Shown here: positions 1 through 8,495 of the stretch, one piece after another
How positions within the stretch are numbered: the first letter of the stretch is position 1
Layout: each line of letters opens with the position of its first letter
IMG/VR virus record: IMGVR_UViG_3300049043_000058
Location: 1-44,069 of that record
Length of the DNA: 44,069 nucleotides
Source of the DNA: a virus
Lineage: Duplodnaviria > Caudoviricetes
Reading direction: 5' to 3' (one strand)
Translations under genes and position numbers: made by a program
Notes under the pieces: model-generated
What the model was told of the DNA's origin: nothing
The model's database searches: none
What the model saw: only the letters and a program-made list of their open reading frames with translations

Positions 1-1
1 C

Positions 2-30
2 TTGACAGCCCGGCTTTTCTTCTATAGATT
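2..30 (+). promoter_or_regulatory. sigma70-type promoter
   Basis: TTGACA (2-7), 17 bp spacer, TAGATT (25-30), upstream of ATG at 54. Confidence 0.6.
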
Positions 31-53
31 AGCCTGTCCTTCAAACATTGACC

Positions 54-206
54 ATGCCTTTCCTTTCCCCCATGGGCCGGTATGCCATTGCCACTAAAGC
101 AGAACGCGAACAAATTGATGCATTAAACAGGCTTCTTGATAAAGACGAAGACTATGAAACGCAAAGAGTGCGCGATGAAATGCTAGAGAATGGTTTGCTT
201 GATTAA
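54..206 (+). CDS. small hypothetical phage protein (50 aa)
   Basis: MPFLSPMGRYAIATKAEREQIDALNRLLDKDEDYETQRVRDEMLENGLLD*, directly downstream of the promoter. Confidence 0.55.
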   Translation: MPFLSPMGRYAIATKAEREQIDALNRLLDKDEDYETQRVRDEMLENGLLD

Positions 207-365
207 TTACCAACCATAACCATCAAAGGCCGCTTTTACAGCGGCCTCTTCACTTTTAAACGGCCCGCCAACAATACTTTCATCACTGTCGGAATAGTAA
301 TACCAACCTTCAATGAGTTCAGTGCCTTTGCAGGAATCGTCGTCGAAGAAATCAATGAGAATCAT
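207..365 (-). CDS. small hypothetical phage protein (52 aa)
   Basis: MILIDFFDDDSCKGTELIEGWYYYSDSDESIVGGPFKSEEAAVKAAFDGYGW*; GW...GPF.SE..A pattern typical of small phage proteins; overlaps the end of the upstream gene. Confidence 0.65.
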   Translation of the reverse strand: MILIDFFDDDSCKGTELIEGWYYYSDSDESIVGGPFKSEEAAVKAAFDGYGW

Positions 366-696
366 TGTTCAATGGTAGTGGGGAACAAATAGTGTTGAGA
401 CGTTGTTCTGCTAATGGGCCAATAATGCGCAATGCTGCTTCATTCCAAGCGAAAGCAGCTTCTGCTTCTGTATCAAATGTGCCAAGAAAATATTTTCTTC
501 CATTGAAAGAAAGCCCTGCTCTCCATTGTGTTTTGTCTTTCATTTGGTAGATAGAAACGCCACGATATTGGCTAGTTTTCTTTCCATTGTGTTTTGTATC
601 CTGGCAGATAGTAATAGCCAACGTTCAGCGTGGGATGGGGCCATCTTTGGAATAGAGGATGTAAGAACGAGGTTTTTTAGAGCGTTTTTTAGGCAT
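352..696 (-). CDS. AP2-domain DNA-binding protein (5' part frameshifted)
   Basis: SQYRGVS...WRAGLSFNGRKYFLGTFDTEAEAAFAWNEAA is a canonical AP2 signature; likely start MPKKRSKK at 696. Confidence 0.8.
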
Positions 697-1006
697 GGGA
701 GGGAAGTTGTTTGAAATGACGAAGATGAAGATTCCACATGCCTGCGCTCATATCACCAGGGCGATAGAGCACATAACAAGGCTTGCCCATTGTCATGCCG
801 CCTTCACCATCGGGCTCTGGTTCAGCTTCATCAAGCCACATGCCAATGCATTGGTTGTTTTCGTTAAAGATGCCCAGTTGATATTCATTATCTTCCATGC
901 ATTGTCTCACGTGAAAGATGAGCTGGCGAAGAGAAGCAGCGTTGTAAATATCTCGCGTGGCAGCGAAGTAAGGGCCGTTTGAAGAATAGGAGCGAACAGT
1001 GATCAT
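689..1006 (-). CDS. hypothetical phage protein
   Basis: 105-aa ORF in a tightly packed minus-strand run. Confidence 0.7.
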   Translation of the reverse strand: MITVRSYSSNGPYFAATRDIYNAASLRQLIFHVRQCMEDNEYQLGIFNENNQCIGMWLDEAEPEPDGEGGMTMGKPCYVLYRPGDMSAGMWNLHLRHFKQLPSHA

Positions 1007-1008
1007 GA

Positions 1009-1197
1009 TTAATTGTCCTCAACAATGCGAAAGTCGGGGTCGTTTGTTTTCTTTATCCATCGACATTGATTGAACTGTGGCAACACGATAAAAAGCTTGT
1101 CGTGATGGTTTTGTTCAACAATGGCAGTGGTGATGGTGGTACCAATGCGGCTACGGCCTCGATTGCTGATGGCCAGGATGTTGATGGTGTCTTGCAT
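1009..1197 (-). CDS. hypothetical phage protein
   Basis: 62-aa ORF packed between neighbours (RWIKKTNDPDF C-terminus). Confidence 0.65.
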   Translation of the reverse strand: MQDTINILAISNRGRSRIGTTITTAIVEQNHHDKLFIVLPQFNQCRWIKKTNDPDFRIVEDN

Positions 1198-1298
1198 GGT
1201 TCAGAGAGGCTAGGAGGGCTTGTCTGCGGGCCTTGGCGGCCCTTAAGGCTTGAGGCTTAAGCCTCCGCTTGGGAGGCTTGCCTGAGTTGTGCTGATGG

Positions 1299-1592
1299 TT
1301 AGGCACCTGCATGGCTCGCCTCCCATTGCCGCTGCATCCAGCGTTGGCGATCTTCGGGGTTTTCAAACAGAGCCACGGGGTCTTCGCTGCTGGGCTTGGT
1401 GCAGAAGAACTTCTGCGTGATGATGCGGCCAGAGTGGGCATCGCGGAAGTCTGCAGTCCAGAGCCAGAAGCCCAGGCAAGATGCCACTAGCTTTACGCGA
1501 CGCTCAGTGCCACGAACAGTGTCGTTGCGCCACCACTGGCCTTGAGTGGGGCTGAAGCTGTTCAGGGTGAAGACGAGAGTAGGAGCAGTCAT
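1299..1592 (-). CDS. hypothetical phage early protein
   Basis: 97-aa ORF directly behind promoter cassette 1608-1662. Confidence 0.7.
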   Translation of the reverse strand: MTAPTLVFTLNSFSPTQGQWWRNDTVRGTERRVKLVASCLGFWLWTADFRDAHSGRIITQKFFCTKPSSEDPVALFENPEDRQRWMQRQWEASHAGA

Positions 1593-1607
1593 GGTCTTAA
1601 GAAGGGT

Positions 1608-1662
1608 GGGCCTCGCGGCCCTGTACGAAATAGAAATTAGTTCATTTCCAGGAGCCTGTCAA
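1608..1662 (-). promoter_or_regulatory. early promoter cassette 1 with GCGA-tetraloop 5' hairpin
   Basis: minus strand TTGACA-17-TAATTT, then GGGCC-GCGA-GGCCC hairpin before the ATG at 1592. Confidence 0.75.
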
Positions 1663-1911
1663 GCCCTGTTGCGTTTTGTTACGAGCGGGGCCATGGTTCA
1701 GGATCCAGCCTGTGTAGTGCTGGGCCGAGCGGTCCACAATGACCAGCCCCTTGCCCTCCAGGGCCTCGATGGCCTTGAGATAGGCGTAGGTTTGGGAGCC
1801 CGTGGTGCGGGGCACAAAGCAAGGGGAATGCTTATGGCGCTGCTTATGCGCCAGGAAATAGCGGAAGATGTTGCGTTGGTGAAGGCTCAAGCCAAGACGA
1901 GGATCTTCCAT
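1642..1911 (-). CDS. putative winged-helix DNA-binding protein
   Basis: LSLHQRNIFRYF...YLKAIEALEGKGLVIV resembles a LexA-N/wHTH pattern. Confidence 0.55.
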   Translation of the reverse strand: MEDPRLGLSLHQRNIFRYFLAHKQRHKHSPCFVPRTTGSQTYAYLKAIEALEGKGLVIVDRSAQHYTGWILNHGPARNKTQQGLTGSWK

Positions 1912-1914
1912 GGT

Positions 1915-2190
1915 TTAAGGGAGTTGAGCGTCGATGCCTTCAACGATGCGGCCAGCGTAGTCGCGAGCAGCAAACAGGCAGGAGAATGCTTCCTTGCGCT
2001 GGTCACGGGCTTCGTAGAAAGCATCAGGCCCTTGAGGGTAGAAGTCGCGACCATTGAGCGTGGCGTCGCTGAGGGCGTCGATGGCGGCCTGGATGGCGTA
2101 GTAAGCCTTTTCGTATTCAGAACGGAGGGCTTCTCCGTTGGTGCCGTTGAGGTGGACGGTGGGGATGTGGGGAACGATGGCAGCAGGCAT
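1915..2190 (-). CDS. hypothetical phage protein
   Basis: MPAAIVPHIPTVHLNGT...NGRDFYPQG; probable start at 2190 within ORF 1915..2289. Confidence 0.7.
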   Translation of the reverse strand: MPAAIVPHIPTVHLNGTNGEALRSEYEKAYYAIQAAIDALSDATLNGRDFYPQGPDAFYEARDQRKEAFSCLFAARDYAGRIVEGIDAQLP

Positions 2191-2192
2191 GA

Positions 2193-2450
2193 TCAGGAAA
2201 TGCGACGGTAAGCGAAGGTGACGTTGCGGATGGAGGGATTGATGTCTTGCCAGGAAGAGAGGTAGTAGGCAGAAGCAGGCACCACCCACATGCCGAAGTT
2301 GTCAACTGGCGGAAGGTCGTGGAATTTAGAGAGCAGAGCAGAGGTTTCTTTGGTGCAATGCTCAGCGACGGTGCCATCTTCAAAGTGGAGCATTTCTTTA
2401 ACGATGAAGCGACCAGAGGGGCCGGAATGTTGGCTGTAGGAAATGGTCAT
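2193..2450 (-). CDS. hypothetical phage early protein
   Basis: 85-aa ORF behind promoter cassette 2. Confidence 0.65.
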   Translation of the reverse strand: MTISYSQHSGPSGRFIVKEMLHFEDGTVAEHCTKETSALLSKFHDLPPVDNFGMWVVPASAYYLSSWQDINPSIRNVTFAYRRIS

Positions 2451-2457
2451 TGGAGGA

Positions 2458-2514
2458 GGCTCGCGCCGTGTACGAGATAAAAGTTAGCTGGAAAGAGGGG
2501 GCTGAGGCCCCCTT
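2458..2514 (-). promoter_or_regulatory. terminator-like hairpin plus early promoter cassette 2
   Basis: minus strand AGGGGGC-CTCA-GCCCCCT-CTTT, then -10 TAACTT (2481-2486) and GGC-GCGA-GCC hairpin; no good -35. Confidence 0.55.
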
Positions 2515-2532
2515 GTTTACAAAGTGAAACAA

Positions 2533-2907
2533 TCAATCCAGGATGGTGGCTTGAATGCCCATAACCTTGGCCTTCTTCCACAAAGCCCGAGCCTGCTCAA
2601 CGTCGTCGATGCGGATGCACCAAAGATCGCGGCCCCAGTTGTGGTAGTTATGCTTCACGCCGTCGATGGTGGAACTGTCGTTGGTCCAAGTGCGGCAGCG
2701 GAGCCAGGCATGCCAAAACTTGCCGCGAAGCATTTCCACATCGAGCACCACATCACGGTTGGAGCCAATGAAATCGCGGAGCTGGAGGGTGCCGGTGCCT
2801 TGGCAGGCAAAGCAATCGCCGTTGGCGATGTGAGAGTAGTGGGGAAGCTTGCCGGTGCCGCCGCAGTTGGGGCACTGGCAGGAGGTGGTGAAGACTTTGG
2901 CGGTCAT
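2533..2907 (-). CDS. CxxCxGxG zinc-finger protein
   Basis: CPNCGGTG...CFACQGTG (DnaJ-type Zn motifs); ATG at 2907 behind promoter cassette 3. Confidence 0.75.
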   Translation of the reverse strand: MTAKVFTTSCQCPNCGGTGKLPHYSHIANGDCFACQGTGTLQLRDFIGSNRDVVLDVEMLRGKFWHAWLRCRTWTNDSSTIDGVKHNYHNWGRDLWCIRIDDVEQARALWKKAKVMGIQATILD

Positions 2908-2922
2908 GGCTTTAGAAGCGGT

Positions 2923-2977
2923 GGGACTCGCGCCCCTCAACGAAACTAAAGTTAGTTCATTTGGGAGGGGCTGTAAA
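2923..2977 (-). promoter_or_regulatory. early promoter cassette 3 with GCGA-tetraloop 5' hairpin
   Basis: minus strand TTTACA-17-TAACTT, then GGGGC-GCGA-GTCCC; shares AAATGAACTAA with cassette 1. Confidence 0.7.
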
Positions 2978-3002
2978 GCCCCTTTCCCATTGTCTTTGCT
3001 TA

Positions 3003-3279
3003 TCAGGCCAGCGCCAGGCTATGAGCGCGGGTGATCGTGGCAGCGGCACTGCCCCAATACAGGCTTTCCAGGCGCTTGCGAGCAGCTTCCGTAGCATCTT
3101 TGCTGCGGCCTGCATCATGCGTGAAATATTCCGTCACGGCCTGGTAAGCGCCCCACATGGTGCCTTGCACGCCAGGGATGTCGAAGCCAATGCCTTCACC
3201 AGCAAATTTGTTGGCCACGCTGTCCCATGCATCAAGATCTTCGATGCGCTTGGGGCGGGCAGTGGTGGCATCGCCTCGT
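3003..3279 (-). CDS. DUF932/DUF945-like phage protein, C-terminal part (cut by read junction)
   Basis: GTMWGAYQAVTEYFTH...RLESLYWGSAA..ITRA matches the DUF932 C-terminal pattern. Confidence 0.75.
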
Positions 3280-3325
3280 AGCAATACGTAACTGAACGAA
3301 GGTCAAAAACCATTACCGTATCGCC
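3280..3325. other. Oxford Nanopore adapter remnants at a chimeric junction
   Basis: AGCAATACGTAACTGAACGAAG (3280-3301) is the reverse complement of the ONT adapter CTTCGTTCAGTTACGTATTGCT; CATTACCGTATCGCC (3311-3325) looks like a degraded forward copy; genes are truncated on both sides. Confidence 0.93.
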
Positions 3326-4039
3326 ACCCCGAACGCTGGAAAGTCTATGTTCGCTCTTGTGTATGCTATCAAGGCCAAAGTGCCAACTCTGTTCTTCTCG
3401 GCAGACACCGACACTGCAACTGTGATGCTGCGAGCAGCAGCACATCTAGCAGGTCACACCCAAGAAACTGTAGAGAATCAAATCAGCATCAATACCGGTG
3501 CTTACGATGAGAACCTACAGGACATATCACATATACAGTGGGTCTTTGATTCATCACCGAACCTTGATGATATTGAGGCGGAAATAAAGGCCTACATTGA
3601 ACTCTATGGCATCAGTACCACAACTAATTCATCATAGATAACCTGATGAATGTCGTCGCTGAATCTGATAATGAGTGGTCAGGCTTACGTCAGATAATGA
3701 TGGAGCTACACGATATGGCACGCAAGACTGAAGCCTGCGTGCTTGTTCTGCACCACGTATCAGAACAGAGTGAGTATGGCAAGGATGCTACTGAACCACC
3801 TGCACGTCGTGCAATACACGGCAAGGTGAGTCAGTTACCAGCGCTGATACTTACTCTTGGTTACAATCCCTTTGAGAAAACTCTTCGGGTTGCAGCCGTC
3901 AAGAATCGATTTGGTCAACATCAAGCTGATGGCAAGGATTACTGTAGGACTGTTCGTAAACTTTGCTACCTGTCAGATCAATGACAGTGATGCTTACGGC
4001 AGGATGGTCTACAACTCCAATCTATCGAGGGTTTTATGA
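3326..4039 (+). CDS. DnaB-like replicative helicase (5'-truncated, frameshifted)
   Basis: Walker A PNAGKS, IIDNLMN Walker B region, VLVLHHV and AVKNRFG motifs. Confidence 0.88.
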
Positions 4040-4395
4040 GTTCATACAACAAGGCAAAAGGGTTCTAAGTTTGAGACGGATGTAATGAAATACTTACGCA
4101 AACTGGGACACTTTGCTGAACGCCTGGCCAAGGCTGGCGATCTAATGATGAAGGTGACATCGTTACCATAATCGCAGGTCAGACCTATATTCTGGAGTGT
4201 AAGAACCGTAAAGTCAATCAATCTTCCGCAGTTCTGGGCAGAAGCCCAGACTGAGGCAGCCAACTATGCGAAGGCTCGTGGACTACCCGTCAACCCACCA
4301 GCCTTCGTCATAGTCAAACGCAGACAATGCACGGAATAGAAAAGGCTTGGGTCATACAAGACCTAGACCAATGGGTACAGGATAGGACAAAATGA
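4036..4395 (+). CDS. Holliday junction resolvase, PD-(D/E)XK type (frameshifted)
   Basis: NKAKGSKFETDV...DEGDI...ILECKN...VIVKRR. Confidence 0.8.
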
Positions 4396-4811
4396 GCAAG
4401 CAATTATCTAAGGATATGCTAAACAAAAACTTTATCCTTGACTATAAAGATGAAGATGACAACTCAGTAATCCTGCCTGTGCATAAGTACGGTTTCGTAA
4501 ATTATATTTATGATTCTATGCCTAAAGAAGTGAAAGAAGTTACGATTAATGATGCTAGGTACCGTATAAATAAAGTAAAAGAATTGCTAGAGTACATACC
4601 TGATATGCATTATATAGGCGATATTGAAAAAGTTGAGATGCGAAGAGATATGTTTTGGGGTGAGGTTGGATATACAATGTACTTTGCCTCTAAGATATTT
4701 GAAGATTTCAAACATCTATTTCAATGCACGCAAACACACTGCAACGGCGATTGCCAGAAACAAGAGGAGGAAGAAGATGCCAGTACCAGAAGGCAAGATA
4801 ACAACCAGTGA
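4392..4811 (+). CDS. hypothetical protein
   Basis: intact AT-rich 139-aa ORF with ATGA overlap. Confidence 0.7.
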   Translation: MSKQLSKDMLNKNFILDYKDEDDNSVILPVHKYGFVNYIYDSMPKEVKEVTINDARYRINKVKELLEYIPDMHYIGDIEKVEMRRDMFWGEVGYTMYFASKIFEDFKHLFQCTQTHCNGDCQKQEEEEDASTRRQDNNQ

Positions 4812-4889
4812 TATATGGAAGCCTGAACCACAGGCAGTAGAAGAAGAAGCAGACATTCCTTTTGAGAAGAAAGAAGTTGAGGAAGAAGA

Positions 4890-5067
4890 ATGATTTGCGG
4901 TAACTGTAAGTGGGGCAGGTCACCATAACACGATTGGTAAGACTGATATGGCTAAGGAGTTTCACGAGAAGTGCGAAGGAGATTGCGGATGCCAGCACAA
5001 GACTGGTCCAGGGTGGTTCGTACGAAGAGGTCAAAAGCCAGCTCCGATGCAAACGCAGTCTCCATAG
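4890..5067 (+). CDS. small Cys/His-rich protein
   Basis: MICGNCKWAGHH...HEKCEGDCGCQHKTG. Confidence 0.55.
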
Positions 5068-5366
5068 CAGAGGTAGTTAGACACTTTGGAGGAGAAGTAA
5101 AAGAGGGACGCAACGTCTCAGTGCGTTGTTGTATGCACGATGACTCTCGCAAGAGTGCAGTCATCGATACATATAACAACTTGTATTACTGTCACACCTG
5201 TGGCAAGGGTGGCAATGCAGTCAATGTCATTATGGAATTAGAGAATGTGGGGTTCAAAGATGCTCTCGCAAGAGCAGGCGAAATCGTTACAGGAGGCGGC
5301 TCACCATTACGCGGAGGCAATAAGCGACGAGGCTCTAGCCTATCTCGCAGGACGTGGAATATCTGA
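4989..5366 (+). CDS. primase CHC2 zinc-binding domain protein
   Basis: CCMHDDSRKSA...YYCHTCGKGGNAV...GFKDA. Confidence 0.85.
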   Translation: MPAQDWSRVVRTKRSKASSDANAVSIAEVVRHFGGEVKEGRNVSVRCCMHDDSRKSAVIDTYNNLYYCHTCGKGGNAVNVIMELENVGFKDALARAGEIVTGGGSPLRGGNKRRGSSLSRRTWNI

Positions 5367-5905
5367 AGAGGTTGCTGCACGCTACCGCCTTGGTACTATC
5401 ACAGATCCGATAGAGGGACACCAAGGATATGAGGGATGGATTTCTATACCGTACTTCACTGCGTTAGATATCTGTGTAGGTTTCAAGTTCAGAAGATTAG
5501 ATGATGGCAAGCCTAAGTATGGTTCACCAGTAGGACAGAAGACTCACCTGTTCAACGTTGTAGCTACAATGTCGCCAACAAAGTCTATCGTTGTATGTGA
5601 AGGTGAGTTTGATGCCATCATTATGGATGCAGTTGTAGGTATACCAGCAGTAGGAGTTCCAGGAGTAGCTGCGTGGAAACCTTTCTATCTCAAAGTTATT
5701 CGATGGCTTTGATATTGTTTATATTGTTGGCGACAATGATGTAAAAGAAGATGGCACTAACCCAGGAGCAGAGTTCTCACGGCGTGTCGCAGGTGAGGTA
5801 CTAAACTCACAAATCGTACAATTACCACCAGGTATGGACATCACAGACTTCTATCTGGTGAATGGAAAAGAAGCAACAGCCAACCTAGTAGGAGGAGTAG
5901 TGTGA
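5260..5905 (+). CDS. DNA primase TOPRIM subunit (frameshifted)
   Basis: YLAGRGI, ISIPY, KFR...PKY, VCEGEFDA, GVPGV, GDND. Confidence 0.88.
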
Positions 5906-6314
5906 GTGAGCAAGAAAAAAGATCTCCAAGAGGCAGCCAGATTATTGATGGATATGGGGATGATAATAGTCTCGATAGATTACAAGGCTGGGACTATAAC
6001 CTGTCAACCGATGCCAATAAGAAAATAAATGATGAGTTTGTTACCACATGTCTGGAACATTCTAGATTCAGCAGGTAACTCTGCTCATCAGAAAGCACTT
6101 GTGATTACGGCCCAAAGAACATCGCTCATTCAGTCCAGGCGGTCCTCTCAATGGCCTGCGTGTAAGGCTTTGGGATAAGATAGCAAGGATAAATAATTTG
6201 TTAGACAATGGCGTGAAGCCTTCTAATGAATCCTTGCGTGATAGTTTTATTGACCTGCTCAATTACTCAGCCATTGCCATAATGGTATTGGATGATAAAT
6301 GGCCCAAGGAGTAG
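5902..6314 (+). CDS. DUF1599 / nucleotide-modification-associated domain 1 protein (frameshifted)
   Basis: reconstructed RKH.DYGPKNI...LRVRLWDKIARINNL...ESLRDSFIDLLNYSAI. Confidence 0.78.
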
Positions 6315-6733
6315 GCACAGATGGGCTTACTAAAGCCCAGCGTTATTACCGAAAGCATCGGGATAAAGTTCTAGCCAAACACAAAGAACTACGTCAGGAA
6401 AATCCTGAGAAGTTTAGAGGTTGGTCTAAGAACTGGAGAGATAACAACCCTGATGCTGACCGCGCTCGTCATTTGATGCGTGAGTACGGAATTACTATTG
6501 AAGAATATGATGCTATGTCTATTCAACAAGGTGGAGTCTGTGCTATTTGTAAGCAACCTGAAACTCAAGTCCGTAATGGAATCAAGTATCGATTAGCGGT
6601 GGATCATTGCCACAAAACTAACAAGGTTAGAGGACTTCTATGCTTCAAGTGTAACTCTGCTATGGGTTCATTTGAGAAGCAAGACGTACCACTGTCTAAT
6701 GTTGAAAGATATTTAGAGGTCTATCGTGACTGA
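6299..6733 (+). CDS. recombination endonuclease VII-family nuclease
   Basis: YGITIEEY...QGGVCAIC...LAVDHCHKTNKVRGLLCFKCN. Confidence 0.9.
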   Translation: MAQGVGTDGLTKAQRYYRKHRDKVLAKHKELRQENPEKFRGWSKNWRDNNPDADRARHLMREYGITIEEYDAMSIQQGGVCAICKQPETQVRNGIKYRLAVDHCHKTNKVRGLLCFKCNSAMGSFEKQDVPLSNVERYLEVYRD

Positions 6734-6997
6734 ACTAGAAATTAGAAACCAGACAGCAGAAGATATTGCTGCTTATCTTGAGTGGATGTGTGACCACGTT
6801 ATACTTGAGATAGATGCTGAAATGATTGATATGTGGCGTGATAACTGGCGAGGTACTGCCTCTGCCATTAGAGCAAAGTTTATCAAGAATGACTGAGAAG
6901 CATTCGTGGTACAAGGCTGCGTTACGCAGGAAGAAGATAGCAGAAGCGAAGAGACTGAAGGCTGCCCGTTACGTTGAAGAGATGAATAAGAGAGCCA

Positions 6998-7630
6998 ATG
7001 AGCGAGATACATCCAGCAATCCCTGACATTACAGCCAGCGTAGCCAACGTTATTGTGCGTAGGTTTCGTGGGTATGTAGACAAAGAAGATATTATCCAAG
7101 AGTGTTACTCGTGGTACTTCTCCAGAGTGGCCCACCTCAACGGCTTACTCAATGAAGAGAATACAATTCAGCGAGTCATCAACGAGAAGCGTATAGCGTG
7201 GCAGATGAAGCGCAGTGCTGAACGCTACGCTCGTAAGGAGAAGGCAGTACGCACTGGCTATAAGCCAGGAGATGAAGCCTTCTACGATACAGTTGTCATA
7301 GCCCAACTCTTACCCCACGTCATCGCCTCTGTTGTAGATAACACAGTCTTAGAGCAGGCGCAGAACCTCATCAACGATGGTCAGCCTCGTAAGCAGGCAG
7401 CTCCAGCAGAAGGTGGCAACCTACTCGCCACACTTATTGATATCAAGAAGGCTTATCTCAAACTAGATATCATTGACAAAGATATTCTCATCAAGAGATA
7501 CCACGAGAACCTTACTCTCCAAGAGTTAGCTACCTATCTAGAGTGTGCTATCTCTACTGCTGATCGTAGATGCCAGAACGCTCTGCGTAAATTACAGAAT
7601 AATCTTGGCGGAGAAAGTCCGTATCAGTGA
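6998..7630 (+). CDS. sigma70/ECF-like transcription factor
   Basis: region-2-like DKEDIIQE; region-4 HTH LTLQELATYLECAISTADRRCQNALRKL. Confidence 0.72.
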   Translation: MSEIHPAIPDITASVANVIVRRFRGYVDKEDIIQECYSWYFSRVAHLNGLLNEENTIQRVINEKRIAWQMKRSAERYARKEKAVRTGYKPGDEAFYDTVVIAQLLPHVIASVVDNTVLEQAQNLINDGQPRKQAAPAEGGNLLATLIDIKKAYLKLDIIDKDILIKRYHENLTLQELATYLECAISTADRRCQNALRKLQNNLGGESPYQ

Positions 7631-8256
7631 TTATATTTGATTTCTTTTCTGGCACAGGATCTTCTACTAAAGCATTTGAAGATGCGGGTCATACTGTCTA
7701 TCGCTTTGAGTTAGATGATTCATTTGAAGCAACGGAACACGCAGATATAATGAATCTTACAGCAGAGTATCTTATGTCTAAGTATGGCAGACCAGATTTT
7801 ATCTGGGCATCTCCTCCTTGTACGTTCTTCTCTGTCGCTGCCATAGGAAAGAATTGGATTTCAGGTGGAGATAACCCTACTCCAAGAAATGACGGAGCTA
7901 GATTTGCTCAGGAACTTGTGCGTCATACAGTATGCCTTGATAAAAGAATTGAACCCAACGCAGGGTTGGCTAATGGAAAACCCTAGAGGAATGCTACGTA
8001 AACTAGAGGTAGTCAAAGACCTGCCAAGATATACAGTTACATATTGCCAGTATGGTGATACCCGAATGAAACCTACAGATTTGTGGGGCGTAGTTCCCAA
8101 ATGGTCGCCTCGCCCTACCTGTAAGAACGGCGATACTTGTCACGTCTCTGCTCCTCGTGGCTCACGCACAGGGACTCAAGGTCTTGGTAGTCCTAAAGAA
8201 GATCAATGATTCCATACGACTTAGGTAAAGAGATAATGAATGTTTTACTTGTATAA
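7627..8256 (+). CDS. short C5-cytosine DNA methyltransferase (frameshifted)
   Basis: motif I FDFFSGTG, motif IV ASPPC, motif VI MENP, YCQYG..RMKPT. Confidence 0.85.
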
Positions 8257-8410
8257 GTGTCCGACCTGCCACCTTACCTCCGAGGTGGAAAGGTCTATCC
8301 ACGCTGAAGCGAGCAACCCCTTCTGCTCGTGTGGCGAAATGATGAATAGAGTCTGGTCCCCTCCTCCTATCACCTTCAAGGATTCAGGCTTCTATTCAAC
8401 AGACCAATAG
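8249..8410 (+). CDS. FmdB-like zinc-ribbon protein
   Basis: YKCPTC...FCSCGEMMNRVWS.PPITFKDSGFYSTD. Confidence 0.72.
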   Translation: MYKCPTCHLTSEVERSIHAEASNPFCSCGEMMNRVWSPPPITFKDSGFYSTDQ

Positions 8411-8453
8411 AAAAAACCCCGCAGTTAGCAGGCTATGATCTGCGAGGCTTTTA
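8411..8453. terminator. probable bidirectional terminator between convergent units
   Basis: AAAAAA-CCCCGCAG...CTGCGAGG-CTTTT imperfect hairpin. Confidence 0.5.
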
Positions 8454-8495
8454 TTGCTAGGTCGAAAGGGTATAAGTCCTAGCAATTCTCTATCT

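Noticed and set aside
1546-2211. 221-aa plus-strand ORF (also 2524-2949 + and 2961-3281 +)
   Set aside because: Antisense shadows of minus-strand genes that have promoters and recognisable motifs
3003-4039. DUF932-like gene back-to-back with a helicase as a novel module
   Set aside because: They are separated by nanopore adapter sequence and come from different molecules
5778-5790. CGGCGTGTCG (WhiA-like word) inside primase
   Set aside because: Within coding sequence with no adjacent promoter; can be explained by codons
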